Source: Candidatus Iainarchaeum sp. (GTDB taxonomy: Archaea > B1Sed10-29 > WALL01). From it: a DNA stretch of 64,000 nucleotides. Below the pieces are notes generated by a model. The model was not told the origin of the DNA and ran no database searches. It was given only the letters and a program-made list of their open reading frames with translations. The DNA lies in the NCBI GenBank assembly GCA_023129115.1, contig JAGMCR010000002.1, forward strand, positions 1-64,000, read 5' to 3'. Shown piece after piece: positions 1-11,024 of this stretch (position 1 is its first letter; each line of letters begins with the position of its first letter). The translations under genes and the position numbers were made by a program.

Positions 1-31
1 CCGAGCTAGCAGTGGGCTTTTATAGTCAAAG

Positions 32-340
32 TTGGAACAGAATCATTTCAAAGTTGAAAAAATGTTGAGACCAACAATACGAACATATGATTCTTTGTTC
101 CTTTGGCCATCCGATCAATATGAGCGAATCAAAGACAAAAATAACTTAACACCACAAGAAAAAACAGTGAAATTCCTGCTCAAGGTTTTTGCGGTGACTG
201 GGAAAGTCACTGGTATGCAAATCTTTTTCCGTGTCTTGCATTATTATCTCAAACAAATAGAGATGGGATTGCTGGGCAATCCAAACAATATTGGCGGTGG
301 AGTGTATATTCGTGCAAAAGTACTCAAAAAACACAATTAA
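32..340 (+). CDS. Hypothetical protein, possibly the C-terminal fragment of a methyltransferase
   Basis: AT-rich ORF at the window edge. LEQNHFKVEK and the terminal GGGVYIRAK resemble the last elements of class I methyltransferases, and an in-frame stop lies just upstream. Confidence 0.3.
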   Translation: MEQNHFKVEKMLRPTIRTYDSLFLWPSDQYERIKDKNNLTPQEKTVKFLLKVFAVTGKVTGMQIFFRVLHYYLKQIEMGLLGNPNNIGGGVYIRAKVLKKHN

Positions 341-506
341 TGGGATTAGTCCAACTGCACCTCTATGTTAAATTCATAATCCTTGGATGGCAGAACCCCT
401 GAGCAGCAAATCGGGATTTGGCATCGAAATATGGGTGAGTATTTAAATATGCTCATTACTTAATTTTTTAATAGTTTTTGCCGGGTTAGGATGGATTGAT
501 GACCAT

Positions 507-3500
507 ATGCTTAAGCGCCTATTCATTGTGTTGCTTCTTTTTTCAGGGGTTTTTGCAGCCACGCTTGGCCTATCACCTGTGCTGAAGACAACCATGTCGC
601 AGGATCTGGAACTTGAGAATAACGGTGACATCACGGGCTCTGTTGGAGTGGGCTACTTGCCAGTACCCGCTTTTTTTGCTGTGGATAGAATTTCCACGGA
701 AAAAGATGATTATGTTTCTTTTGTTTTGGCTTGTAAGAACGAAGGGAATGCAAGTGGTGATGGGGCATGCAGTATAACTGTTCAAACCGATACAAAATCT
801 TTGTTTAATGGGTGTTCAACAACTGACAACTGGGGTGGAGGAATTAATTCTCCGGGCGGAGTAACTGTTTGTACTGGCGCAGTAACAGTTGAGGGTTCCC
901 CCCTTTCTTTCATAACCCATGCTTCTTCAAATAAAATGTATTTTAAAATCCCGACGAACAAGAAAGAATATGGAGTCGTGACTGTCTTCAACCTGCCGGA
1001 CCTTGAGGCGGTCGCGAACCTATCAGAAGTGCCGTATTACCACCCCGTTGTTTCGGGCGCTTTGCCGGTGAAGGATTATGGCGGCTATGATTGGGTGTTG
1101 ACGGGGCTGAAGGGCGTGGAGGACGCCTTCGGCAACAACGCCTCGAAGTACGCGGTGAACTCGAAGGCGTTCCTGCCCGGCGAGGGCGTGCTCGTGTTCA
1201 GCAACATTTCCAGTTCGTCCGTGTTCCTCTACGACGAGGACGGCGAGCTGCTTCAATCAAATTCCCTTTTGAACCCTGGGTTCGAGGGGGCTCTTGGCCA
1301 CTGGACAAAGGGCGACGGCGACTGGGTGGTCTCTTCGGACGGCGCAATCGGGAGCCACAGCCTCCTGCTCGCGAGCACGGGCAAGACAACGAAGGCTAGC
1401 GTGTACCAGGACTTTGACGTGCTCCCAAACACAACGTATAACGTGTCGGGGTGGATGAAGACGAACATCCTTGAGACAAGCGGTGACGGCGCCAATATTT
1501 ATTTCAGAACTGTGAACGGAAGCGGCGAGAAGGTGGGGAACTGCGCTGTTGGAAACATCAAGGGCACGAACGCGTGGGCATTTTATTCCAAGGCCGTGGA
1601 CAGTGGTGACGCGTATGACGCGCGCCTGACGCTGCGGTCTCACAAAGCCTCCGGCGACGCGTTTTTTGATGGGCTGCTGGTGAGAGAGTCAACCACCAAC
1701 ATGCAGTCTGGGAGCGTGCTGTGGCTCAGTGGTGACAGCGGCACGACTTATTCCATTAAGGCAGCGAATTCTTCCGCCAATGGCTCTGTCCAAATCACTG
1801 TCGAGAAAATCCCGGTGTTCACGTGCTTTGGCGGGGAGGCGGACACGAAAGACATAATCGTTGGCAGAGGAATCTTTGCCGAGAGCAGGTTCAAGGTTTC
1901 TTCGAAGGCGGTGGGCCGCCCGCAAGCAGTAGTGCTTGCCCCTGAAACGGGCTTCCCGGGCGACGTTGTTGCCGGGAGCTGTGCCTCGAGCACTGGCACG
2001 GAGTGTTGGGGCACCGTGGTGCTCGCCCCGGGGGGCAAAGTGTCGGGGAAGTTTTCGTGGGAGGAGAATGGAGTCAGCTATAACATCGCCGGGGTGTCCC
2101 AAAACTTTTCGGCACAGTCAACTCCCTCTATGCAAAAACTGGTCAAGCGCATCGTGCTCACGAACGACAATTCGGCGCGGAATTTGACCGGGATAAGGGG
2201 CTACGTGCGCGTGGACGGCACGTGTGTTAATTCTGACGAGACGCACAAAATTGACTGGGTGAAGGGGTGGTCGCTTGGGCCCGGCACGTGCTACTATGAA
2301 GTGGGCGAGCTGGCTGCCGGGGAGTCCATAGAACTTGAGATAGGGTTTTACGGCGACTTTATTGACATGTCTTTGGGGGCCATTGAGCAGGACCCTGACA
2401 GGCAGTCCACGCTTGACACGCAGTTCTTCAGGCGCCTCGTGGGCCTGGACTTTTTGGAGATACCTGTCTTTCACCTGGACGCCATTGACTGGGAGCTCTC
2501 CACCGAGCTGTGCGAGGGAATGCCTGGCAATTGTTTTGGAGGGGACCTCCGCATTGTTTCTGACGCACCGCCTGAATTACTTGTTGGTTTGTCGTTCGAC
2601 GAGAGCCAGCCCAAAGACTTTTCAAGTTACCACTCAAGCTGTGCCCTTAAGCCGAATGCTTCTGATGGGCCCAAGCAGGTTAACGGCAAGTTTGGGAAAG
2701 CGCTTGAGTTTAGCGGAAACAGCTATGTGGAGATAGAGAACAAGCATGCCCTCAATACAAGCAAGCCATTTTCACTCGCTTTTTGGGTGAAGTACGATGG
2801 CGTTATCGATGACAAGGAGGATACTTATGAAAACATTTTTGGTGCAGGAGAGGTCTATAAGCATGGGTTCAGGGTAGGGCTGAGGCAGAAGTCCTGCTCG
2901 CACGGCTTGCGGTTCAGGGTGAACAGTGGGACAGAAGGGTCTGCCTTCTGTGCATCGCCGGCGATTGACGACGGCGAGTGGCATCACGTGGCCCTTGTGA
3001 GCAACGGCACAGCAGTAATCGCGTACCACAACGGTGAAGTGTATGACACCCTCCCAAACCCCGACTTTAATGTTGACGAAATCACCGCTGACTTTTGGGT
3101 GGGTGGCTCTGAGGGGTTCAATGGGGCAATTGACGAGGTGCGGCTTTATAGCAAGGAGTTGCCCCCCACAGAGGTCCAAAGCCTGTTTTTGGGGGTGAAT
3201 GAGTCAAAGGCGCTGGCGGTTTATTCCAACACATCTGAATTGGAGTACACGGTTGGCGTGCCCCGGAAAAAAGAGTGGGTGGACGGCTCCCAGCGTTGGG
3301 CTATCGAGGTTTCCGTCAACAACAGTTTTGATATTGACCTGCATGGCGTCAGCGGCGCGGTGCCGGTTGACGGGGAGGTGGTTGCAGGCAGCCTGGAAGG
3401 CCCGGGCCTCGCCAACATCACATACAATGGCTCTGCAATCGCGTTTGTTGTCCCATCCCTCGAAAAAAAGAGTTTAGCCACTTTTAGCGTGGAGTATTCC

Positions 3501-4367
3501 ACAGCAGTAGAGCCGGAGGCCCAAACCGAAATAGAAATTGATTTGCCTGCCACGGACACTAGTCCAACCAGCTTGACCGGGCTTCTTGGCTTCTTGGGCC
3601 TAGGCGATTCTGGCTTCACCGACAGTATGCTCCTCAGTTTTGAGTTTGAGGAAGGCGCTGGGAACATCACTCATAACGCTGGAGGGGGGGACAACGGCGA
3701 AATCCATGGAGCCCCGCGCTGGACTGTGGGCCACGATGGGTTGGCACTCCAGTTCGACGGCGTGGACGACTACGTGAGGGTGCCGGTGGAGGGCGTCACA
3801 TGGACAGACCACTTCACAATAAGCATATGGGTGTACCCCACGGCCACGTCCGGGGAAGACGAGTACTTGTTCGCGAATGCCAACCTCAACAAGAGTGATG
3901 GGTTCCATTTATCCAGGCGGGGGGGGCAGGCAGTGTTTTGGGTTGGCGGCAGCGAGCCAGTCCGGCTTAGTGGTGGAAGCCTCCCGGAGAATAAATGGCA
4001 CTATGTAGCGGCGGTCGTAAGGGACGGCGAAGCCCTGTTGCATGTTGATGGGGAAATGGTGGACTCCAGCCCGGTTTCAGGGCTCCATAATTCGGGAAGG
4101 GACTACATCATCGGGCAGAACACGTGGAGTCCGGGCAGTGGGAGCCGCGCCTTCACGGGAAAGCTTGACGATTTGCGGGTTTACGGAAACGGGTTTTCAG
4201 AGCAGGAGGTAAAGGCAATGCGCGCTGGCATGGGTGCACAATGGTCTTTCTTTTATGTCGCCCAGCTGGAGCATTTTCTGCTGGCGTTGGTGGTTCTTGC
4301 CGCGATTTTTATTTCGTACATCGAGTTTAAGGTGAAGGGACAGCCCAAGAGGTGGTGGGAAGATTAA
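507..4367 (+). CDS. Large cell-surface protein with a carbohydrate-binding-like module, two LamG/concanavalin A-like domains and a C-terminal membrane anchor
   Basis: Signal peptide; LLNPGFE...W CBM-like motif; GKFGKALEF..., DGEWHHVA, FNGAIDEVRLY and ALQFDGVDDYV..., NKWHYVA, FTGKLDDLRVY LamG motifs; TM helix followed by a basic tail. Confidence 0.85.
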   Translation: MLKRLFIVLLLFSGVFAATLGLSPVLKTTMSQDLELENNGDITGSVGVGYLPVPAFFAVDRISTEKDDYVSFVLACKNEGNASGDGACSITVQTDTKSLFNGCSTTDNWGGGINSPGGVTVCTGAVTVEGSPLSFITHASSNKMYFKIPTNKKEYGVVTVFNLPDLEAVANLSEVPYYHPVVSGALPVKDYGGYDWVLTGLKGVEDAFGNNASKYAVNSKAFLPGEGVLVFSNISSSSVFLYDEDGELLQSNSLLNPGFEGALGHWTKGDGDWVVSSDGAIGSHSLLLASTGKTTKASVYQDFDVLPNTTYNVSGWMKTNILETSGDGANIYFRTVNGSGEKVGNCAVGNIKGTNAWAFYSKAVDSGDAYDARLTLRSHKASGDAFFDGLLVRESTTNMQSGSVLWLSGDSGTTYSIKAANSSANGSVQITVEKIPVFTCFGGEADTKDIIVGRGIFAESRFKVSSKAVGRPQAVVLAPETGFPGDVVAGSCASSTGTECWGTVVLAPGGKVSGKFSWEENGVSYNIAGVSQNFSAQSTPSMQKLVKRIVLTNDNSARNLTGIRGYVRVDGTCVNSDETHKIDWVKGWSLGPGTCYYEVGELAAGESIELEIGFYGDFIDMSLGAIEQDPDRQSTLDTQFFRRLVGLDFLEIPVFHLDAIDWELSTELCEGMPGNCFGGDLRIVSDAPPELLVGLSFDESQPKDFSSYHSSCALKPNASDGPKQVNGKFGKALEFSGNSYVEIENKHALNTSKPFSLAFWVKYDGVIDDKEDTYENIFGAGEVYKHGFRVGLRQKSCSHGLRFRVNSGTEGSAFCASPAIDDGEWHHVALVSNGTAVIAYHNGEVYDTLPNPDFNVDEITADFWVGGSEGFNGAIDEVRLYSKELPPTEVQSLFLGVNESKALAVYSNTSELEYTVGVPRKKEWVDGSQRWAIEVSVNNSFDIDLHGVSGAVPVDGEVVAGSLEGPGLANITYNGSAIAFVVPSLEKKSLATFSVEYSTAVEPEAQTEIEIDLPATDTSPTSLTGLLGFLGLGDSGFTDSMLLSFEFEEGAGNITHNAGGGDNGEIHGAPRWTVGHDGLALQFDGVDDYVRVPVEGVTWTDHFTISIWVYPTATSGEDEYLFANANLNKSDGFHLSRRGGQAVFWVGGSEPVRLSGGSLPENKWHYVAAVVRDGEALLHVDGEMVDSSPVSGLHNSGRDYIIGQNTWSPGSGSRAFTGKLDDLRVYGNGFSEQEVKAMRAGMGAQWSFFYVAQLEHFLLALVVLAAIFISYIEFKVKGQPKRWWED

Positions 4368-4401
4368 AGAATTAAAAAATGCACTCAAGGGATACAGGCA
4401 G

Positions 4402-6708
4402 GTGTTGTATCTAACTGCAAGGAATCTTTCAATACTTTTTGTTTTGTTTTTGTTTTTAGAGTTAGGTGGGTACTTATCTGTACCATTTTTTAATATGACT
4501 CAATTTTTCTTCATTGTTTATGTAATAGATTTAATTGCAGTTATCTCATTTCTAAAATTTGATGGAGGGATTAAACCAGCAACCAAAGTTACAAAACCAA
4601 CACTTCTTGGCGGACTTCTTCTAATAGGGGTATTCTCACTTTTCCAGCCAATGCCTCAAACTTCTTTGCTTATGTTGATGGGGTTGCTTGTGATTCTTAG
4701 TATCCTCCATCTTTTTGAGAAACAAGATGTTACAGCTGACTTGGCTTCTACAACTAAAAAAGTAGTTGGCAATCAATGTATACTCAGTCACGTTCGCATG
4801 ATGTTGAAAAACATTTCTCTTTTTCGATGGGCCTCAATGAGCTTATTTCTGAATGCCTTGTTCATCTTTTTGGTGAAAAAAGGGGACCTGGTTTTTGGTT
4901 CACTGGGATTGGAAGCTATTTGGGATGTATTGAAAACAATAGACAGCTTTAATGTTCTCGGTTTTTTCTTTTTTATATGGATGCTCACGTTCGTTTTATT
5001 GTCACTCTATCTATTCAAGCGATTTCTTTTTTCTAACGGTAAAAATATTTTCGGTATGCTAAAAAAGGAATTATTGAATCTGGGCCACACCCCAATTATT
5101 CTGATTAGCCTTTTCGCAGTCGCGTTTTTTATCAGGATGAAATCAATCTATTTCAATTCCAACCTTCCTGACTCGTTTATAATGCCGCTAGTCGGAGCGA
5201 ACATGGCAACAAATGGCATATTCACGTTTGTGTTGGATTGGCTTCCTTCTCTTGGGATAAATTATCATCTTCCTTCTGGGGCCGTTTATTTCAAAGGCGT
5301 GCCTTTCATGGTTTCTCAAGCATTGTCTTTCAATCTGTTAGGGTTTACAGATATAGCGGCAAGGTTCCCCTCGATTATATTCGGGTCTTTATCTGTTGTC
5401 CTAATCTATCTCATTGGCAAACGGGTGTATAACAGAGAAGCCGGCTTGGCTGCTGCCATTCTGTTGGCGTTTTCAGGATGGGCTGTTTACATGTCAACGT
5501 ACATACGTTTTTATTCGATGCACACAATGTTCTTTCTCCTGTCAATATTTCTTTATTTGAAATATCGGGAGACTAGGGCAGACGGCTGGTTTTTTTCGTT
5601 GTGTGTGATTTTGTCTGTATGGAATTTTGTTAATCCCCAAGTTTTCGTAATGTTTGTGGTGTTATTGTTTTTGATGTTCTTGGACATCATACTGCTCAAT
5701 GAAAAAGCCAAAAACAAACTCATAAGAGTATTCAGCACCAGTTTAATCCTGTTTGTACCCCTATTTCTTGTTTGGAACCCATTGCCACAAACGCGTACCG
5801 GATTTATCCAGTTTGCAGCATATCACTTCGGATTTGAGAGCTGGGTATTTGTGTTGTCCCTAGTGCTTCTTGGTTCCGTGTATACAATTAAAAAATGGCG
5901 GGGTCTACGCGTAAATATCTTATTCTATTTGCCTTTTTTGGCTTTGCCGTACTTGATATTCGTGGAGAACATAAACCGAGATTATTTAATCCCACAATAT
6001 ACCACTGCATTTTTCCCATTGTTCCTGCTTTTCTTTTCAATCCCAATTGCTTGGCTGGCAGTGTCCGCATGCAAGCGTTTGACGAAAAGAAAACCAAATC
6101 AATTGTTGCGTTACGTGTCTGTTATCCTGGCAGTTATTGCGGTATCCATGCTATTTAGCAATTTTATATCCCCACTTGATGAGTACACACAGGAAAGCAT
6201 ACGGCCAGATTTGTATGATTACAAAACCGGGGGGTTTTATGGATATTCTGTACTCAAATTCAGATTTGGTTATGACACGGTTGTGGGGCCTGACTTAACC
6301 GCACTTCCCAAAAATGCAAGTATTGCTATGGTAAACCCATTTTCCCAGTCACTGTGCTGGTATGCTAAGATTAACGAAGAAACAATGGATGAACGGCTGG
6401 CACCAATTAGCTTTGAAATGAAGGGATATGATAAGTGGTTCCGCTCTTATGTTAAAGAAGATGTCCGACTAGCACATTACTGTGATATCAATGTCATAAC
6501 CACTATACCAGATCTTGATGAAGTGATTGACAGTTATGAATTTGGATATATCCTGGTTTCTGATTTTGGCCTTTATCGGCTCGATAACGAAGCTTTTTTT
6601 GGATATGTGGAAAATGAACCGAGATTAACCAAGCGCCTTGATGAAAACGATGTCCATGTTTATTCATGGGGGGTTGTGGCGGCTAATTCTGCGCCTAACA
6701 ACCTATAG
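4402..6708 (+). CDS. Polytopic GT-C glycosyltransferase (ArnT/PMT, GT39/83-like)
   Basis: Many TM helices; AARFPSIIFG..LIYLIGKRVYN..AGLAAAILLA and YIRFYS motifs. Confidence 0.8.
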   Translation: MLYLTARNLSILFVLFLFLELGGYLSVPFFNMTQFFFIVYVIDLIAVISFLKFDGGIKPATKVTKPTLLGGLLLIGVFSLFQPMPQTSLLMLMGLLVILSILHLFEKQDVTADLASTTKKVVGNQCILSHVRMMLKNISLFRWASMSLFLNALFIFLVKKGDLVFGSLGLEAIWDVLKTIDSFNVLGFFFFIWMLTFVLLSLYLFKRFLFSNGKNIFGMLKKELLNLGHTPIILISLFAVAFFIRMKSIYFNSNLPDSFIMPLVGANMATNGIFTFVLDWLPSLGINYHLPSGAVYFKGVPFMVSQALSFNLLGFTDIAARFPSIIFGSLSVVLIYLIGKRVYNREAGLAAAILLAFSGWAVYMSTYIRFYSMHTMFFLLSIFLYLKYRETRADGWFFSLCVILSVWNFVNPQVFVMFVVLLFLMFLDIILLNEKAKNKLIRVFSTSLILFVPLFLVWNPLPQTRTGFIQFAAYHFGFESWVFVLSLVLLGSVYTIKKWRGLRVNILFYLPFLALPYLIFVENINRDYLIPQYTTAFFPLFLLFFSIPIAWLAVSACKRLTKRKPNQLLRYVSVILAVIAVSMLFSNFISPLDEYTQESIRPDLYDYKTGGFYGYSVLKFRFGYDTVVGPDLTALPKNASIAMVNPFSQSLCWYAKINEETMDERLAPISFEMKGYDKWFRSYVKEDVRLAHYCDINVITTIPDLDEVIDSYEFGYILVSDFGLYRLDNEAFFGYVENEPRLTKRLDENDVHVYSWGVVAANSAPNNL

Positions 6709-6745
6709 CATATATTGATTAAAATCTTACTAACTACTAGGGGTC

Positions 6746-8287
6746 ATGATGGCAAACAAGAATATGAAGGACATTGTGCGGGGCTCAAGTTTGTTCTTCT
6801 TGAATAGTGCTGTCTTAATGATTTTTGGCATTATATACAAAGTTGTTGTTGCACGTTACCTTGGGCCGTCGGATTTTGGGCTTTTCTCACTTGGTTTTAT
6901 GGCTGTGGGCATAGCGAGCGTTCTCTCGCTCGTAGGCCTGCAATCCGCCCTCAAGCGCTACATACCGCATTACACCGCCAAAGGAGATGAAAGCAGGCTG
7001 AAGGGGATAGTTGTGTTCTCATTCATGATTGCGTTGGGGCTCAGCCTTCTCATTGCAGCCGTCTTGTTCCTCTTTTCAGACTATATTGCGATTAATGTGT
7101 TTGGCAGCGAAGCCTTTCCCCCTATTCTTCGGATATTTTCTCTTGGCATACCCTTGACCGTGTTGTTGAGGCTATTAGCAGAAGCATTCCTCGGATTTAA
7201 AAAAGTGGAGTTCAATGTCCTCACCGAGTTGTTCTCTAAGGGCGTAGGCAAGCTAATCCTTGCCCTTGCAGTGGTTTTTGCAGGGGGCTCAATTGTTGGG
7301 CTTAGCTATGCGTACATCCTCGCTTTGTTGTTGGGTGCAGCCCTTGGCCTCCTTATCCTTGAATTCAAGGTTTTTCCTGTCTTACGATCAAAAGCCCACT
7401 TCCAAATCGATAAACACCGTATACTCTCGTTTTCCCTCCCTCTCTTTCTGGCTTCGGCAGTGGGCTTGATTTTAGGGTGGAGCGATACGTTCATGATAGG
7501 GGTTATGCTGGAAGAAAGTGCTGTTGGGCTATACAATGCGGCTTACCCGCTAGGCATGATGCTTTCAGTGTTTGTACCTGCCCTCGCCTCCGTTTTTATG
7601 CCAGTGGCTTCTGAGCTGTACGCCAAACAAAAACTAAAAGAAATAGCTAAGATCTTTGACACTACGAAGAGGTGGTTAGCCGCGTTGGTTTTCCCCGTGT
7701 TTGTTTTCGTCCTTTTTTTCTCAGAAAACCTAATGCGGGTTGTCTTTGGTGAAGCCTATGCCGCGGCGTGGCCAGTATTGATAGCCCTTTCTTTTGGGGG
7801 CTTGGTCTTATCGGTTGTTGGATTGACATGCCAATTGTTGATGGTATTCGAGGAGACAAAAAAGATAGTTCTGGTTGGTGCGGCAGGCGCTTCGATAAAC
7901 TTGGTGCTAAACTTCATACTCATCCCAATGTTAGGCATACTAGGCGCGGGAATTGCTTCTGCCTTTTCGCTGTGCTTCATCAATATAGGGATGCTGGTAC
8001 TGGGAAGAAAGCTTATAGAAATAAGGTTCAACCCGCGGGATTACGCGAAGCTGGTGGGCGCCTCGGCTTTGGCGGTCGTCCCCCCGTTTTTGCTGTCCTT
8101 TTTCATAGCCTCCTCCTTGTTCACCCTAATCTTATTCGGCGTGCTTTATCTCGGGCTTTACTTGCTTTTCATTTTTCTTTTCAGGGTTCCGAACAAAGAC
8201 GACTTAGTGATAGCCGAAATTATTGAGAATAAAGCAAACATCAACTTAAGCCGTGTGAAGCAGCTCATCCCTGATGGCTCGGGCTAA
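6746..8287 (+). CDS. Oligosaccharide flippase (Wzx/MOP family)
   Basis: ARYLGPSDFGLFSL, DTFMIG...VGLYNAA and NFILIPMLGILGAGIAS motifs; about 14 TM helices. Confidence 0.92.
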   Translation: MMANKNMKDIVRGSSLFFLNSAVLMIFGIIYKVVVARYLGPSDFGLFSLGFMAVGIASVLSLVGLQSALKRYIPHYTAKGDESRLKGIVVFSFMIALGLSLLIAAVLFLFSDYIAINVFGSEAFPPILRIFSLGIPLTVLLRLLAEAFLGFKKVEFNVLTELFSKGVGKLILALAVVFAGGSIVGLSYAYILALLLGAALGLLILEFKVFPVLRSKAHFQIDKHRILSFSLPLFLASAVGLILGWSDTFMIGVMLEESAVGLYNAAYPLGMMLSVFVPALASVFMPVASELYAKQKLKEIAKIFDTTKRWLAALVFPVFVFVLFFSENLMRVVFGEAYAAAWPVLIALSFGGLVLSVVGLTCQLLMVFEETKKIVLVGAAGASINLVLNFILIPMLGILGAGIASAFSLCFINIGMLVLGRKLIEIRFNPRDYAKLVGASALAVVPPFLLSFFIASSLFTLILFGVLYLGLYLLFIFLFRVPNKDDLVIAEIIENKANINLSRVKQLIPDGSG

Positions 8288-9030
8288 GCCACTTTTTTAG
8301 CAGTTACCACCAACCCCCCCGTCTTCTTTCTGGTAAAAGCGAAGCAATCCAACAGCCGATCAATGTGGACCATAACACCAAGCGCCAGCCACCCCACCCC
8401 CAGTTTCTCAGCGGCTTTAAGGAAAAGGCTCCGCTTGGGCATGAAAAAAGTGCCGTGGAAGCCAGTTATTTTGAAGCCCCCCGCTTTTAGAACGTTCTTT
8501 AATCCCCCCAAGCCATGCTCTGCCCTACTGTACCCATAAAGGTTTTCTTTTGGCCCCCTTTTGAAGAACCAGTCCTTGTTGTGGACAGTGAACACAAGTT
8601 GCCCCCCTCACCCCAGACACGATTAATTTCTTGTAGGTAAGGTGGAAGGCTATTCACGTACTCGAAAATACCTACAGCCAGCACGAGATCGAACCGCCCG
8701 CCCTTAAAACGCATGTTAGAGGCGTCCATCGTGTAAAATGAAATGTTGCTTTTTTTCCATGCCCCTTAGCTTCGAGTTCGCGACAGCAATCATTTCTTCA
8801 GATATGTCAATCCCGACACCGTTTTCTATTCGGTTCGCTATAGAAAAAAGAAATCTTCCCGTACCTGTGCCTATGTCAAGGACGACTTTGTTCCTAAACT
8901 CAGCTGACTTAAGGACACAGTTGCCTTCAACCGCCGCGAAGTAATCTCCAATCAGGCCAGCTCCAGCTCAGTATTTTTCAGGCCCGGTTGCTTTGAAACA
9001 CCTGCCTGATGCACGTCGCCAGTTAGGCAT
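8284..9030 (-). pseudogene. Disrupted class I SAM methyltransferase
   Basis: ATG at 9030 after GGGTGAT, then an in-frame TGA at 8968-8970. VVLDIGTGTG...GIDISEEM, FDLVLAVGIFEY and the C-terminus lie in different frames, with shifts at T7 (8750-8756) and the C-runs (8602-8614). Confidence 0.8.
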
Positions 9031-9840
9031 ATCACCCTTGTGCCCCCCAGTTTTTTTGAACCAGTAACTGACTCCAACATCGGAGTTCTTGAGTGATGCC
9101 TCTCCAAGATATTTGAAACCCATTTTTTTGCTCCACAGGCGAAGCGATTTTTCACTGAACAAACAAGTGTGGAAAGGGATTCTGAAAAAATGATGGTTGT
9201 GTCCATATTTAAAAGTTGTTGGAAAGCTGTGAGCCATTAACCCATTCTTTTTCAGTGACTTGTTGAAGAACTGCCACGCCTGGCGTATGCCCTGTATGTG
9301 CTCAATTGCATCTACAGACGATATGCCATCAAATTTTTCCGTAAATGGCTCTCTTGGATTGTAACGAAAAAATATTTTGTCATCATACGGATAACCCTCC
9401 CGTATTTCACAAGCGTATGCTTCCGTACCCTCTTTCCTTAGTTCGTAAGCCACAGAAAAATTGTTTCCACAGGAAAAGTCCAGATAAGCCCCCCCACGCC
9501 CAAGCTTTTCAATGAGCTCGTATTGAAGCCTTTTTTCCGATTCTTTTCTTGGTGTGGCCTCTGTGTTTTGCCCGTAACAGTAGGTGTAGATCTTACCCAT
9601 TTGTAGAATATCTTCAGGAAAGATTTTTGAATAAACGTGCCCGCAGTTCTCGCACAAATACTTATCGTGTGCAGGCAATCTCTTGAGTGGTGTCTTGAAC
9701 GGGGGGTAATGCAATACTCTGGCTTCAACTGATTCACAAACCGGGCAGGCCATCAAAACTTTCTTCAGTACAAGAGAGTTGTACCTGCCTAGGCCAACGA
9801 TGTCCCTGTAGAGCGCCTTGGCACTATTTTTAACCTTCAT
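8968..9840 (-). CDS. Class I SAM methyltransferase with an N-terminal Zn-binding motif
   Basis: CPVC...CENC, YLDFSCG and DAIEHI motifs; the C-terminus runs into the start of the pseudogene. Confidence 0.8.
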   Translation of the reverse strand: MKVKNSAKALYRDIVGLGRYNSLVLKKVLMACPVCESVEARVLHYPPFKTPLKRLPAHDKYLCENCGHVYSKIFPEDILQMGKIYTYCYGQNTEATPRKESEKRLQYELIEKLGRGGAYLDFSCGNNFSVAYELRKEGTEAYACEIREGYPYDDKIFFRYNPREPFTEKFDGISSVDAIEHIQGIRQAWQFFNKSLKKNGLMAHSFPTTFKYGHNHHFFRIPFHTCLFSEKSLRLWSKKMGFKYLGEASLKNSDVGVSYWFKKTGGHKGDMPNWRRASGRCFKATGPEKY

Positions 9841-9848
9841 TCCATCAC

Positions 9849-10994
9849 TTATATGTTTTTGTAGAAACGATATAGTCTCTTCCCAATCGCCTCTTTACTG
9901 AAGTTTTCCCTGACGTACTTATAAGAATATTTTCCAAGCCTTTGCCGTAATGCTTTGTTTTCGTAGAGCTGTTCAATTGCTTCCTTAATCTCTTTTTCCG
10001 ACCTATCATTTATCACAAGGCTGGTTAGATTTTTTTCCGCGACGTACGGCAAACCACCAACATTAGTCACTATTGTTGGAACACCACATGCCATCGCTTC
10101 AAGCAGGGTCATGCCAAACTGTTCTTCGTTATTTGCTATTGCTAGGCTAGGCAAAACAACCACATCACTTAGGTTATATAAATATTGTATTTGGGTATTT
10201 GGGACGCTTTCTACATGATAAATTTTTTGGTTGGCTTTTATGTGCTTTCTGTAATACGCTTCATCCAAATGGTTATCTCCAACAACTATCAGCCGCATAT
10301 CCCCATATTTTTTTTCCAAATCTTCGAATGCAGCAACAAGGTACAAAACCCCTTTCGGTTCCTTCAGCCGATGAACAAAAAGAATGTTAAATGTACTGTT
10401 TAATTCTTTTGGCAAGCCAACGTTCGCGCTGTTTTTTGGGCCTTTATCAAAATATTTAAAATCAAGGGCGTTTGGGATAACCGTTATTTTGTCAGGGTTC
10501 ACTCCCTCATGGATAAGCGCCCGTTTCCCAAGTGTGGTTGTGGTTGTTATCGCGCATGCAGTGTCATTAACAAACTTTTTGGCATGCCACGTGAAAAAGT
10601 TTCTTTGTTTTAGTGGGTAAGGGATATTTTGGCCAGCTGAGAAAACAAACTTCTTTCCCTTGAGCCGTGCCCACAATGCGGCCTGAAGCGAAAAGAAATT
10701 AGAGTTTTCACTTGTGTGAACTACCTCAAATTCATTTACTATCTTTCCAATGCCCAATAGCACTGACTTCGGAAGCCTGAAAAACTCTAATCCTTTCCAA
10801 AGGACATATTTCTGATTGAATAAGTCAAGCTTGCCGTCAAGCCAATGAAGTTGCTTCACTGGCATTTTGAGAATAGACGTGTCAAATCTTGCTGGGTTGC
10901 TTTCGAAAGCAGTTATATCAATATCTTTGCAATTGGCGTTAACCCATTCCCAGGGGATTACCCCATTCGGCCTTAGGTGGGGCCCACGTATCAA
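9849..10994 (-). CDS. GT4 glycosyltransferase
   Basis: EQFGMTLLEAMACGVPTIVTNVGG. The natural ATG (11013) is out of frame by one base. Confidence 0.9.
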   Translation of the reverse strand: MIRGPHLRPNGVIPWEWVNANCKDIDITAFESNPARFDTSILKMPVKQLHWLDGKLDLFNQKYVLWKGLEFFRLPKSVLLGIGKIVNEFEVVHTSENSNFFSLQAALWARLKGKKFVFSAGQNIPYPLKQRNFFTWHAKKFVNDTACAITTTTTLGKRALIHEGVNPDKITVIPNALDFKYFDKGPKNSANVGLPKELNSTFNILFVHRLKEPKGVLYLVAAFEDLEKKYGDMRLIVVGDNHLDEAYYRKHIKANQKIYHVESVPNTQIQYLYNLSDVVVLPSLAIANNEEQFGMTLLEAMACGVPTIVTNVGGLPYVAEKNLTSLVINDRSEKEIKEAIEQLYENKALRQRLGKYSYKYVRENFSKEAIGKRLYRFYKNI

Positions 10995-11024
10995 TGCAAT
11001 TTTTATTTTTCATCACCAGTTATG

